A stretch of DNA of 32,000 nt from Parasynechococcus marenigrum WH 8102 (GCF_000195975.1 NC_005070.1:2280001-2312000); one strand, 5' to 3'. Positions 21,707 to 31,235 are shown, numbered from the stretch's first letter. Notes: generated from the sequence alone by a model not told the origin. Translations and numbers: made by a program.

Positions 21707-22330
21707 TCAGAGCGGCGACTCATCCTCCTGAAGCGCTTGCCGTGCGGCCCGGCTCACCAGAATGACCACACCGATCGTGGCCAGCACTCCCGCCAACCGC
21801 AGAGCCCAGGTCATCGGATCCGCCTTACCGGCCAGCACCTCACCAAACCGGGCTACATCACCGGCCAGGGCGCCCAGCCCGCAGAACAGCACCGTGCCAG
21901 GAAGAATCCCGATCAACCCAAGGCTGTAATCCCGCAACGAGACCTCACTAAGGCCATAGGCCAGGTTGAGCAATGAAAATGGGAAAGCCGGCGACAGGCG
22001 CGTCAGCAAAACCAACTTCAGCCCCTCCTTGCTGACGGCCCGCTCCACCGCCTGCAGCTTCGGAAAGCGCTCCAGCCGCTGCAGTGCCCAGTCCCGCAGC
22101 CAGCTGCGTCCCAGCAGGAACACCACCACCGCCCCCAGGCAGGCCCCCACAAACACCAGGCCACTGCCGAGCCATGTGCCATAGAGAGCTCCCGCCAGCA
22201 TCGATGCCCAGACCCCCGGCAACAGCAACGTCACCCACAGCGCATACAGAGGAACAAACAGCAGCGCTCCGGCCGGGGAACGCAGAAGCTCCATCGCATC
22301 CGGGAGCCATTGCTGAACCAAAGAGATCAA
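21707..22330 (-). CDS. TVP38/TMEM64 (DedA-related, SNARE-associated) family membrane protein
   Basis: 207 aa and polytopic. It has the motif LLTRLSPAFPFSLLNLAYGLSEVSLRDY…GILPGT, typical of the family. Confidence 0.8.
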   Translation of the reverse strand: MISLVQQWLPDAMELLRSPAGALLFVPLYALWVTLLLPGVWASMLAGALYGTWLGSGLVFVGACLGAVVVFLLGRSWLRDWALQRLERFPKLQAVERAVSKEGLKLVLLTRLSPAFPFSLLNLAYGLSEVSLRDYSLGLIGILPGTVLFCGLGALAGDVARFGEVLAGKADPMTWALRLAGVLATIGVVILVSRAARQALQEDESPL

Positions 22331-22365
22331 GCGGAATCAACCACGCATGGCCTGGAGCATTGCAC

Positions 22366-23154
22366 TCAACTGGACGCTGAGGTGTAAAACCGCAGCGCAA
22401 ACAACCAGAACGCCCGCGCCGCTGCAAAGAACAGCACCGCCAGCACTAAGCCAGCGAAGAGCATCGGTGCGGCCGCCTCTCCCAGCAACACCTGGGCGGG
22501 AACCGTGGTGAGAAACGCCACCGGCAGCACCAGGGTGAACAGCAGGCGCAGGGCAGGCGGGTAGGCGTTGAGGGGATAACGGCCGGAGGCCAGAAGAGCC
22601 CGCAGCACCTCAGTGGCATTCCAGGTTTTGACGAACCAGATGCTGGTGGCGGCGATCAGAAACCAGAGCGAATAAAGGATCAAGCCACCGGCAAGCAGCA
22701 TCACCAGCACGGTGAACAGCGCAGACAGGCTGAGCACCACACCGGCCTGATGGCTGCCCCAGGCCAGAAGCCCAAGCCCCAGGCCGATCTCCGGCAGCCC
22801 CGCCGGCGACAGCGTGCGCAGCGACAACCAGAACTGGCTGTCGATCGGCTTGAGCAGCACGAAATCGAGGGTGCCCTCGCGCACATGGGTGACGATCGCC
22901 CCAAGGTTCGGGCGCAAGCAGGTGGTGGCCATGCCATCGAACACCGTGTAAAGCCCCTGCACCATCAGGGCCTGGGCCCAGCTCCAGCCCCCCAACGTCT
23001 GATCGGGGCCATAGAAGAGAGAGAGCAGGAATAGGCTGCCGCTGAGGCTCATCGCCACCGCCATTAGCTCGATCAACACATTGGCCTGGTACTCCAGCTG
23101 CGTGGCCAGGGCCGTGCCCCAAAAGCGACGCAAGGTTCGCCAGTAGCGCCCCAT
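22366..23154 (-). CDS. ABC-2-type transporter permease (second permease)
   Basis: Start at ATG 23154-23152 (MGRYWRTLRRFWG…), which overlaps the upstream stop by 1 nt (TGATG). About 6 TM segments. The track extension to 23325 is Gly/Ala-rich and overlaps the upstream gene. Confidence 0.8.
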   Translation of the reverse strand: MGRYWRTLRRFWGTALATQLEYQANVLIELMAVAMSLSGSLFLLSLFYGPDQTLGGWSWAQALMVQGLYTVFDGMATTCLRPNLGAIVTHVREGTLDFVLLKPIDSQFWLSLRTLSPAGLPEIGLGLGLLAWGSHQAGVVLSLSALFTVLVMLLAGGLILYSLWFLIAATSIWFVKTWNATEVLRALLASGRYPLNAYPPALRLLFTLVLPVAFLTTVPAQVLLGEAAAPMLFAGLVLAVLFFAAARAFWLFALRFYTSASS

Positions 23155-23951
23155 CAGGCCCCCATGGCGCTGTAGCGCCGCACGCCGGCCCGCCAGAGCA
23201 GCAGCACCAACGGCAACAGCAGAGCAATCCAGGTCAGTTGCGCCCCGAAGCCCGCCAGCAGATCCACCGGCTGGCCCGCCAGCACCCGAGCCGGGAAATC
23301 GATCAGATAAGGGAAAGGGGTCCACTGGGCCAGAGCCCGCACCGCCGGCGGGAAGGCTGTGAGCGGTGCCAGCAGGCCGGAGAGGAACAGGAAGGGAATG
23401 AACTGGAGCCGCTCCAGGGCACTGGCTTTCTCACTCCAGAAGCAGAAGGCCGCAATCAGGCTCTGGAACAGAAAGGCGATGGCAAAGGCCATCCAGGTGG
23501 CCAACCAGGCCAGCAGAAAGCCCCCCAACGACGGCAGCCAGAAGGCTTGCGGCTGCACTGCAAAGAACACGGCAGCGATCAGAGCCGCGAAGGGCAAGCG
23601 GGTGAGCTGTTCCCCCAGGTGGGCCGCCACATAACGCCAGAGCGGGTGCAGCGGTTGCAACAGGTAGGGCGAAAGCCGGCCCTGCAGGGCGTCTTCTTCG
23701 AAGGCGTAGACCACCCATACCACCGAGAACTGACGCACCAGAAAGGCACTGAGGAAATAGCGATCCAGGGCCACACCATCCAGCCCCAGCCCTGAGCGCG
23801 CATCACTGCCGCTCCAGACGCTGAGCATGATGAACGGGAGCACCCCGGAGAGGGCCCACAGGGCGATCTCAGCGCGGTACTCGAGCATGTGGGCGTATTG
23901 GCAGCCCAACAGCACGCGGATGATCCGCCTGTTCAGCCCGAAGATCCGCAT
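23154..23951 (-). CDS. ABC-2-type transporter permease (first permease)
   Basis: 265 aa and polytopic. Its start overlaps the ATPase stop by 1 nt (TGATG at 23949-23953). Confidence 0.8.
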   Translation of the reverse strand: MRIFGLNRRIIRVLLGCQYAHMLEYRAEIALWALSGVLPFIMLSVWSGSDARSGLGLDGVALDRYFLSAFLVRQFSVVWVVYAFEEDALQGRLSPYLLQPLHPLWRYVAAHLGEQLTRLPFAALIAAVFFAVQPQAFWLPSLGGFLLAWLATWMAFAIAFLFQSLIAAFCFWSEKASALERLQFIPFLFLSGLLAPLTAFPPAVRALAQWTPFPYLIDFPARVLAGQPVDLLAGFGAQLTWIALLLPLVLLLWRAGVRRYSAMGA

Positions 23952-24925
23952 CAGACGCGCCCCTTGCGGAACAACCCACCAATGAGTTCTTCAATCGGTG
24001 GATCGGTCACATCCAGGTCGCGCACGGGGAAGCGTTCGAGCAGCTGCGCCACCACCGCTGTGAGCTGGTCGCGCGGCACCAGCAGCCGTACCTCACAACC
24101 CTCGATCTGCTCCAACCGCCCCAGCCCTGCCAGAGCTCCAGGCTCAATCGGCGCCTCCAGCTCCAGCCGCACCTCCCGCTCCGGGGCCAATTGATCGGCC
24201 AAAGCTTCCAGAGGGCCGTCGTGGAACAGTCGCCCCTGGTGGATCAGCAGCACCCGGGGACAGAGGGCGGTGATGTCAGCCATGTAATGGCTGGTGAGCA
24301 ACAACGTCGCCCCCGTGCGGCGGTTGTAGTCCGCCAGGAATGTGCGCACCCTGGCCTGGGCATTCACATCCAGCCCCAGCGTGGGCTCATCGAGGAACAG
24401 CACCTGCGGCTCGTGCAGCAGCGCCGCCAAGAGTTCGGCCTTCATCCGCTGACCGAGGGAGAGCTTGCGCACTGGCCGAGCGAGCTCCTCCCCCAGCTCG
24501 AGCAGATCAGCCAGCTCGCAGATCCGTCGGCGGGCCACGCCATCGGGGATGCCGTACACCGCCGCATTCACCCGCAACGAATCCATCGGAGGCAGGTCCC
24601 AGAGCAGCTGCTGCTTCTGGCCCATCACCAGGGTGATCCGGCGCAGGAACTCCGCCTGGCGCCGCTGCGGACTGAAGCCCGCCACCTGCACCTCCCCAGC
24701 GCTGGGGTGGATCAAGCCGCAGAGCATCTTCAAGGTGGTGGTTTTGCCAGCGCCGTTAGCGCCAAGAAAACCCACCATCTCGCCGGGCTCGATCCGGAAG
24801 GACACGTCCTGCACCGCCATCACATCCCGCGTCCGGCGGCGGATGAAATGGCGCAGGGTGCCGGCCAGCCCAGGCTGCTTCTCGGCAACCCGGTAGATCT
24901 TGCTCAGCCCCTCAACCTGAATCAC
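23951..24925 (-). CDS. ABC transporter ATP-binding protein (ABC-2 subfamily, extended C-terminal domain)
   Basis: Walker A GANGAGKTT, signature LSLGQRM and Walker B LFLDEPT. Confidence 0.93.
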   Translation of the reverse strand: MIQVEGLSKIYRVAEKQPGLAGTLRHFIRRRTRDVMAVQDVSFRIEPGEMVGFLGANGAGKTTTLKMLCGLIHPSAGEVQVAGFSPQRRQAEFLRRITLVMGQKQQLLWDLPPMDSLRVNAAVYGIPDGVARRRICELADLLELGEELARPVRKLSLGQRMKAELLAALLHEPQVLFLDEPTLGLDVNAQARVRTFLADYNRRTGATLLLTSHYMADITALCPRVLLIHQGRLFHDGPLEALADQLAPEREVRLELEAPIEPGALAGLGRLEQIEGCEVRLLVPRDQLTAVVAQLLERFPVRDLDVTDPPIEELIGGLFRKGRV

Positions 24926-24929
24926 CGAC

Positions 24930-27674
24930 TCAGCTCAGATCCGCCAGGCGCTTGCGCGCCAGATCGGCCTGGGCCTGTTTCTCATCGAGGTTGGCCTGGC
25001 ATTCCGCCACCACCTCCGGCGGAGCCTTATCGGCGAAGTTGGGATTGCCCAGCCGGCCCGCCAAGCCCTTGATCTCCTTCTCCGCCTTGGCGATATCTTT
25101 TTCCAGGCGCCCTTTGAGCGCATCGAGATCCACCAGGCCTTCGATCGGCAGCAGCACCTGCAGCTCACCGCTCACCCCCGCCAGGGCCTTGGCCACTGGA
25201 GCCGCATCCGCTTCCGCCGGCGCCATCACCGCCACCGACTCCGCCCGCGTCAACGCCGTGATGTCGGCCGTGCCCTGGTTGAGCACCGCCGCCAGCTCGC
25301 CGCGTCCGGTGACAAAGCGCACCGGCACCGATTGGGAGGGCTTGAGACCGGCCACCGCCCGAAGGTTGCGCACCACACGGATGGCACCGATCAGGTCTGC
25401 GAAGGAGGCTTCCAACGCGTCATCGAGGGCGCTCTCCTGCAGGGCCGGCCAGGGCTGCAGGGCCAGGAAGGTGGTCTCCGATTTGCCCGTGACGCTGTGC
25501 CAGAGCTCCTCGGTGAGGTGGGGCATCAGCGGATGCAGCATCTGGTGCATCTGACTGATCACCTTGGCCAGCACCTGCTTGGCCACCCGCTGATCAGCCA
25601 GGGCCTCGGCTGAAGGGTTCTCACCGGGGTTAAGCCGGCGCTTGCTCAGCTCCAGATACCAGTCGCAGACATCGTTCCAGGCGAACTCGTAAAGCCCCTT
25701 GGCAGCTTCACCCAGGCCGTAATTGCTGTAGCGCTCGGCCGTCTCCCGGTTCACTCGGGCCAGGCGCGAAAGAATCCAACGGTCCGCCAGCTGCAGGGCT
25801 GCGGGGTCGGGGTCACCGAGTTGGGCCGGCGTTTCGTCGCCCAGGTTCATCAACGCGAAACGGGTGGCATTCCAGAGCTTGTTGGCGAAGTTGCGCGAGG
25901 CCTCCACCGTGGCGGAGGTGTCGGTCTTGCGGTCGTAATCGAGGCGGATGTCCTGACCCGCACCGGCCACTTCGCGCACCAGGGCGAAGCGCAGGGCATC
26001 GGTGCCGTAGCGGTCGATCAGCAGCAGCGGATCGATGCCGTTGCCGGCGCTCTTACTCATCTTGCGGTTCTGCTCGTCCCGCACCAGGCCATGGATGTAC
26101 ACGTCCTGGAAGGGCATCTCACCGGTGAAGGCGCCGGCCATCATCGTCATCCGGGCCACCCAGAAAAAGATGATGTCGAAGCCCGTCACCAGGGTGCTGG
26201 TGGGGTACCAACGCTGCAGGTCAGCGCTCTCGGCATCAGGCCAACCCAGGGTGGAGAAGGGCCAGAGGCCGCTGGAGAACCAGGTGTCGAGCACGTCTTC
26301 GTCCTGCTCGATCACCGCCGCGGCGCCGTACTTCGCCTTGGCCTTCTCCAGGGCTTCAACTTCGTTGCGGGCCACCACGTAGGGCGTGGTGTCGGTGTAC
26401 TTGCCGCCGGTCTCGCTGATCACGAACCAGGCGGGGATGCGATGGCCCCACCAGAGCTGGCGGCTGATGCACCAGTCGCGGATGTCGGTGAGCCAGTCGC
26501 GGTAGACCTTCTCCCAGCGCTCGGGGATGAAGCGGGGATCTTGCTTCTCGAGGGCCTCACGGCAACGGGCCGCCAAGGGCTCGGTTCTAACAAACCACTG
26601 GGTGGAAAGCAGCGGCTCCACCGGCACCTTGCCGCGGTCGGAATAGGGAACGCTGTGGCGGTAGTCCTCCACCTTCACCAGCAGACCCAGCTCGTCGAGA
26701 CCAGCCACCACGGCCTTGCGGGCCTCGAAACGATCCAGCCCCTCGAACTGGCCGGCCTCCTTGTTCATCGTGCCGTTCTTGCGCATCACCGTTATCTGAG
26801 GCAGACCGTGGCGCTGGCCGATGGCGAAATCGTTGGGGTCGTGGGCTGGCGTCACCTTGACGCAGCCGGTGCCGAAGTCTTTCTCCACGTGGTCGTCGGC
26901 CACGATCGGAATCTCCCGCCCCACAAACGGCAGCGTGAGGGTCTGGCCCACCAGATGGGCATAGCGCTCGTCGGTGGGATTCACCGCCACCGCCGTGTCA
27001 CCAAGCATCGTTTCGGGCCGAGTGGTGGCCACCTCCAGATGGCCATCGCCGCTGCTGAGCGGGTAGCGGAAATGCCAGAGGTGGCCGTCCACCTCCTTCA
27101 TCTCCACCTCCAGATCGCTCACCGCCGAACCGGAGGCGGGGCACCAATTCACCAGGTATTCACCGCGGTAGATCAGCCCCTGCTCGTGCAGGCGCACGAA
27201 GGCCTCCTTCACCGCTTCACTGAGGCCTTCATCAAGGGTGAAGCGCTGGCGCTGCCAATCCACGGAATAACCCAGCCGCCGCAGCTGGCCCACGATGCGG
27301 CCACCGCTTTCAGCCTTCCACTGCCAGGCCCGCTCCAGGAAACCATCGCGGCCGAGGTGGTGGCGGGTCTTGCCCTCTTGCTTGAGCTGCTTCTCGAGGA
27401 TCGTCTGCACCGCGATCGAGGCGTGATCGGTGCCGGGCAGGCAGAGCACGTTCTTTCCCGCCAGGCGCTGGTAGCGGACGATCGTGTCGATCAGGGCCGT
27501 GTTGAAGGCATGGCCCATGTGCAGGCTGCCGGTCACGTTTGGCGGCGGAATCACCACCGAGAACGGTTCACCGGGGGCCTTTGGGTCGGGGTGGAACGCT
27601 CCCTGGTCCTCCCAGGCCTGCTGCCAGCGGGCTTCCGTGCCAACCGGGTCGTAGGTCTTGGCCAGTTCGGGCAC
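24930..27674 (-). CDS. valS: Valine-tRNA ligase
   Basis: 914 aa with the HIGH-type motif [14 protein letters not shown], an editing domain and a C-terminal coiled coil. Confidence 0.97.
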   Translation of the reverse strand: MPELAKTYDPVGTEARWQQAWEDQGAFHPDPKAPGEPFSVVIPPPNVTGSLHMGHAFNTALIDTIVRYQRLAGKNVLCLPGTDHASIAVQTILEKQLKQEGKTRHHLGRDGFLERAWQWKAESGGRIVGQLRRLGYSVDWQRQRFTLDEGLSEAVKEAFVRLHEQGLIYRGEYLVNWCPASGSAVSDLEVEMKEVDGHLWHFRYPLSSGDGHLEVATTRPETMLGDTAVAVNPTDERYAHLVGQTLTLPFVGREIPIVADDHVEKDFGTGCVKVTPAHDPNDFAIGQRHGLPQITVMRKNGTMNKEAGQFEGLDRFEARKAVVAGLDELGLLVKVEDYRHSVPYSDRGKVPVEPLLSTQWFVRTEPLAARCREALEKQDPRFIPERWEKVYRDWLTDIRDWCISRQLWWGHRIPAWFVISETGGKYTDTTPYVVARNEVEALEKAKAKYGAAAVIEQDEDVLDTWFSSGLWPFSTLGWPDAESADLQRWYPTSTLVTGFDIIFFWVARMTMMAGAFTGEMPFQDVYIHGLVRDEQNRKMSKSAGNGIDPLLLIDRYGTDALRFALVREVAGAGQDIRLDYDRKTDTSATVEASRNFANKLWNATRFALMNLGDETPAQLGDPDPAALQLADRWILSRLARVNRETAERYSNYGLGEAAKGLYEFAWNDVCDWYLELSKRRLNPGENPSAEALADQRVAKQVLAKVISQMHQMLHPLMPHLTEELWHSVTGKSETTFLALQPWPALQESALDDALEASFADLIGAIRVVRNLRAVAGLKPSQSVPVRFVTGRGELAAVLNQGTADITALTRAESVAVMAPAEADAAPVAKALAGVSGELQVLLPIEGLVDLDALKGRLEKDIAKAEKEIKGLAGRLGNPNFADKAPPEVVAECQANLDEKQAQADLARKRLADLS

Positions 27675-27742
27675 GGAAGCGGTGCGATGCGTGGGTCATG
27701 CTCGCAAAAGGTGCTGACATGCCACCCGACGCAGACATTGAT

Positions 27743-28366
27743 TCAACGAGCGAGACGCCGTAGGTAGTCCTCCTGGCGTCCAGCGTTGATCCATCCGGTG
27801 GCGATCAACTTGCTGGCGCTCTGGTTGACCCGTCCGCGATGAATGTGGGATGGACCAGCCGGAAAGATCACCAACTTGCCCCGTTCCGCCGGTTCATGGT
27901 GGTCCTGCCAGTGGAACTCGGTCCCAGCTTTATCCACGTCGTTGCAATAAAGAATCCAGGCCAGCACCCGGTGGACGGGTTCAGTGGCCTCATCGCTGAT
28001 GGTCCAGTCGCAGTGCCAGCGCTTGAAGCCCTCCCCGGGAGCGTAGTGCTGAAGGTTGAAGATCGGATTCACGAACAGGCTCTGCTCAGGACAGCAATCG
28101 CGAAACAGGGGCCGCTCCTGCAGATAACGCTCCAACCCGGCCGTCACCCCACGAAGGATCAGTTGCGACAGGGCGAAGGATTCCGGTTCCGAGCGATCAA
28201 TCGCCACCAGGCTGATGTCGGTGCTCTGTTTCGCCGGTTCCCCCTCACCCTCCGGCCCGAAGGCCACGCCAGGCCGCTGCAAATCCACCCGGCGTTCGAA
28301 GAACTCCTGCACCGCATCGGCAACCGACAGGTAGCCGGAATTGCTGTAGCGCCCGATCAGATTCAT
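27743..28366 (-). CDS. Putative 2OG-Fe(II) oxygenase-fold protein (uncharacterised family shared with cyanophages, from memory)
   Basis: HxD (RWHCDW) plus distal His and Arg (PSHIHRGR) at spacing compatible with the double-stranded beta-helix facial triad. Its start overlaps the upstream stop by 4 nt. Confidence 0.55.
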   Translation of the reverse strand: MNLIGRYSNSGYLSVADAVQEFFERRVDLQRPGVAFGPEGEGEPAKQSTDISLVAIDRSEPESFALSQLILRGVTAGLERYLQERPLFRDCCPEQSLFVNPIFNLQHYAPGEGFKRWHCDWTISDEATEPVHRVLAWILYCNDVDKAGTEFHWQDHHEPAERGKLVIFPAGPSHIHRGRVNQSASKLIATGWINAGRQEDYLRRLAR

Positions 28367-28824
28367 GCCGCTGTCGCCAGGCGGGGGATGGCCACCACCG
28401 CATCGAGCTGCTGCCAGCGCGCCCGGTCAGCCAACACATGGTCCTGCAATTGCACCTGCTCAATCACCGCCGCGGCCCGATCGAGATCCAGGGGGGCACC
28501 AGGTCCCATCGGCAGCACCAGCACCTGCTGTTCTGCCGGATCCGCCATCACCTGCAGATCGAGGTCCTCCAGCTCCCGCTCAAAGAACACCCGCCGCATG
28601 CGCGTGGTCACCGTGGGGCCTAGGGCTTCAACAAAACGGGCCATCCCGGCCTCATCTCCAGAGCACCCACAGTTGAGCGACAACCAGATCAGCAGCTTCA
28701 CCCAGCTGTCCACGGTCCACAGCGGCTGGAAGCTCTCGCGGTGCTGCCGCACCAGCTCGCCGATGGCGAAATCGAACAGGGTGGCCTGCAGGCCAGTGGC
28801 ATCAGCGGAATCCATGCCATTCAT
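28363..28824 (-). CDS. Hypothetical protein (153 aa)
   Basis: ATG 28824-28822 (MNGMDSADATG…). It is coupled by a 4-nt overlap to the downstream oxygenase-like gene. No family recognised. Confidence 0.5.
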   Translation of the reverse strand: MNGMDSADATGLQATLFDFAIGELVRQHRESFQPLWTVDSWVKLLIWLSLNCGCSGDEAGMARFVEALGPTVTTRMRRVFFERELEDLDLQVMADPAEQQVLVLPMGPGAPLDLDRAAAVIEQVQLQDHVLADRARWQQLDAVVAIPRLATAA

Positions 28825-28869
28825 CCTCTCCTGCGAGAGGTCAGACTGGATGAACCGGCTGCTTCCCCC

Positions 28870-29127
28870 ATGGCCCTGGATCTCAACGATCCCGAACTTG
28901 AATTCTCCGATCTGGTCTACGCCTACCAGAGCTGGGTGATGGCGGTGATCAACGACGAGAAGCTCGACGGTGACGACAAATTGCTCACGGACGACATCAC
29001 CGAAGACGCACTGAATTCCATGCGCTTCCTCCCCGGTGAAGTCACCAGTGCGATCGAGACCAGCCTGGCCCGCGTCTACGACGTGGATGCCGATGAGCTG
29101 GCTGAGCTGCTCTTCCCCGAAGACTGA
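28870..29127 (+). CDS. Small acidic hypothetical protein (85 aa)
   Basis: ATG 28870 (MALDLNDPELEF…). The track ORF start at 28741 would overlap the divergent gene. It is strongly acidic and ends 8 nt before the SDR gene. Confidence 0.5.
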   Translation: MALDLNDPELEFSDLVYAYQSWVMAVINDEKLDGDDKLLTDDITEDALNSMRFLPGEVTSAIETSLARVYDVDADELAELLFPED

Positions 29128-29135
29128 ACCCAGCC

Positions 29136-30053
29136 ATGGTCTGGACCGTTGACGACATCCCCTCCCAGGAGGAGAGAGTTGCGCTTGTCACAGGAGCGAA
29201 TAGCGGTCTGGGCCTGGCCACCGCCCGCGCCATGAGCGCTCGCGGGGCGACGGTGATCATGGCTTGCCGCTGCCGGCGCAAAGCTGAAACGGCACGGACG
29301 CAGCTGCTGGAAGCGGGGCTCACCGGCCTGGATCTGCTGGATCTTGACCTGGCGGACCTCAACAGCGTGCGTCGTGCCGCAGCCGAGGTGAGTGATCGCT
29401 ATGGCCATCTGGATCTGCTGTTCAACAACGCCGGGGTGATGGCCCCACCGCGTCAGCTGACCGTTCAGGGCCATGAACTGCAACTGGGCGTGAACCACCT
29501 GGGCCATATGGCCCTCACCCTGCAACTGCTGCCGCTGATGCAGGGCCGCAACGATGCCCGCGTGGTGACGGTGACCTCCGGCGCCCAGTACTTCGGCCGC
29601 ATTCGCTGGGACGACCCAAGCTGGGCACAGGGCTACGACCGTTACGGCGCCTACAGCCAGAGCAAGCTGGCCAATGTGATGTTCGCCCTGGAACTGGAGG
29701 CACGGCAGCAGGAGCAAGGCGGCGGCATCCGCTCTCTGGCAGCCCACCCCGGCCTGGCCCGTACGGATCTGCAGCCAACAGCGATCGCCAGTGGTGGCAA
29801 CCGTCTGGAGGCTGTGGCCTACCGCTTGATGGATCCCTTGTTCCAAAGCGCTGCCATGGGCGCCTTACCTCAGCTGCATGCCGCCACAGCAGCGACAGCG
29901 CAGGGGGGAGAGCACTACGGCCCAGACCAACTGGGGGGAATGCGCGGCCACCCAACCCGCTGCCGCATCGCTCCGGCCGCCCTCGACCGTGAGCAGCGTC
30001 AACGGCTCTGGCAACTCAGCGAAGAATTGGCTGGTGGCCTTCTGATGCCATGA
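29136..30053 (+). CDS. Short-chain dehydrogenase/reductase (classical SDR)
   Basis: Cofactor motif TGANSGLGLATA, NNAG, and the catalytic YSQSK (YxxxK). Confidence 0.9.
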   Translation: MVWTVDDIPSQEERVALVTGANSGLGLATARAMSARGATVIMACRCRRKAETARTQLLEAGLTGLDLLDLDLADLNSVRRAAAEVSDRYGHLDLLFNNAGVMAPPRQLTVQGHELQLGVNHLGHMALTLQLLPLMQGRNDARVVTVTSGAQYFGRIRWDDPSWAQGYDRYGAYSQSKLANVMFALELEARQQEQGGGIRSLAAHPGLARTDLQPTAIASGGNRLEAVAYRLMDPLFQSAAMGALPQLHAATAATAQGGEHYGPDQLGGMRGHPTRCRIAPAALDREQRQRLWQLSEELAGGLLMP

Positions 30054-30454
30054 CTGGTTCCTCCCCTGCTTTGAACGCCCGTCAACAGGCATTGCTGACG
30101 GCTCTCAACGCCTGTGGGGATGAAATGAGTGGTCAACAGCTGCATCGCAGCCTCGATGACGAGGCATCCATGGGACTGGCGACCGTTTATCGCAATCTGC
30201 GGCAACTGCAGCAACGGGGCCTGGTGCGTTGTCGCCATCTGCCCACCGGCGAAGCGCTCTACGCCCCCGTTGACCGGGATCGCCATCACCTCACCTGTGT
30301 GGACTGTGGAACGACGCAGGTGCTGGACCATTGCCCCATTCATGGCATCGACGTGCCTGCTGACAGTCGAGGGGACTTCGAATTGTTGTTTCACACGCTT
30401 GAATTCTTTGGTTTCTGCAGCAGCTGTCGTCCGCAGCGAAGCTCCAAACCATGA
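30050..30454 (+). CDS. zur: Fur-family metalloregulator, probably Zur
   Basis: Winged-helix segment ATVYRNLRQLQQRGLV, then HHLTCVDCG…H…FFGFCSSC (two CxxC pairs). ATGA overlaps occur at both ends (30050-30053 and 30451-30454). The Zur assignment rests on family knowledge and my recollection of this locus in WH8102. Confidence 0.8.
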   Translation: MTGSSPALNARQQALLTALNACGDEMSGQQLHRSLDDEASMGLATVYRNLRQLQQRGLVRCRHLPTGEALYAPVDRDRHHLTCVDCGTTQVLDHCPIHGIDVPADSRGDFELLFHTLEFFGFCSSCRPQRSSKP

Positions 30455-31188
30455 CCCTGGCCGCGACCTACTACGGAGCCAATGGCTGGCTACTGGAATT
30501 CAACAACCTGCGTGTGCTTGTGGACCCCTGGCTCAGGGGAAGCCTGAGTTTTCCGCCGGGGTCCTGGCTTCTGAAAGGGGTTCTGCCCCATGAGCGTCCC
30601 GCACCCGGGACACTCGACCTGCTGCTGCTGACCCAGGGCTTGGCGGATCACAGCCACCTCGAAAGTCTTGATCTCCTGCCGCGCGATCTGCCCGTCATCG
30701 GCTCGGCCTCCGCAGCACGGGTGGTGCGATCACTGGGATTTCACACCATCACCACCCTCAAGCCTGGTGAGACAACCAACCATCAGGGGCTCACGGTGCG
30801 TGCCACAGCCGGCGCCCCAGTGCCGATGGTCGAAAACGGCTATCTGCTGGAGCACGAGGCCGGACAGCTCTACCTGGAACCCCATGGCTTCCTGGACCCA
30901 AACCTGCCTGAACAACCTCTGGATGCCGTGATCACGCCGATGGTGGATCTGGGTCTTCCAGCCCTGGGGGCCTTTGTGAAGGGCTGCAGCGTGGCGCCGG
31001 AATTGGTGCAGCGCTTCCAACCCACCACCATGCTCGCCAGCACCTCCGGTGGCGATGTGCGTTTCAGCGGGGCTTTGAGTGGAATCCTGCAGATGAACGG
31101 TTCTGTGGAGCAAACCGGCCGCGACCTGCCGACGAGCACCCGATGGCTGGACCCCACGCCAGGAGAGCGCTTGGTGCTGAAACCGTGA
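30451..31188 (+). CDS. MBL-fold (COG2220-like) hydrolase-family protein with degenerate metal motif
   Basis: GANGWLLEF…RVLVDPWL…DLLLLTQGLADHSHLESL parallels the beta-lactamase-fold layout. However, the HxHxDH motif is reduced to LADHSH. Confidence 0.6.
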   Translation: MTLAATYYGANGWLLEFNNLRVLVDPWLRGSLSFPPGSWLLKGVLPHERPAPGTLDLLLLTQGLADHSHLESLDLLPRDLPVIGSASAARVVRSLGFHTITTLKPGETTNHQGLTVRATAGAPVPMVENGYLLEHEAGQLYLEPHGFLDPNLPEQPLDAVITPMVDLGLPALGAFVKGCSVAPELVQRFQPTTMLASTSGGDVRFSGALSGILQMNGSVEQTGRDLPTSTRWLDPTPGERLVLKP

Positions 31189-31235
31189 GGAAATCAAATC
31201 CCTACCAACTCAAAAGGGGCAATCAGCGGAGTCGC

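Noticed and set aside
22366-24925. ABC transporter as the type I secretion system for the neighbouring RTX protein
   Set aside because: The ATPase is a stand-alone 324-aa subunit with two separate ABC-2 permeases. There is no fused TMD-ABC HlyB-type protein, no membrane-fusion protein and no TolC-like gene.
25821-27767. 648-aa plus-strand ORF opposite valS. Similar long shadow ORFs occur at 1806-2876, 15427-16662, 24191-25072, 27839-28939, 29076-29846, 7039-7677 and 8908-9576.
   Set aside because: All are antisense or out of frame to genes with strong family signatures. All have low-complexity Arg/Gly/Pro/His-rich translations. None has independent start or terminator context.
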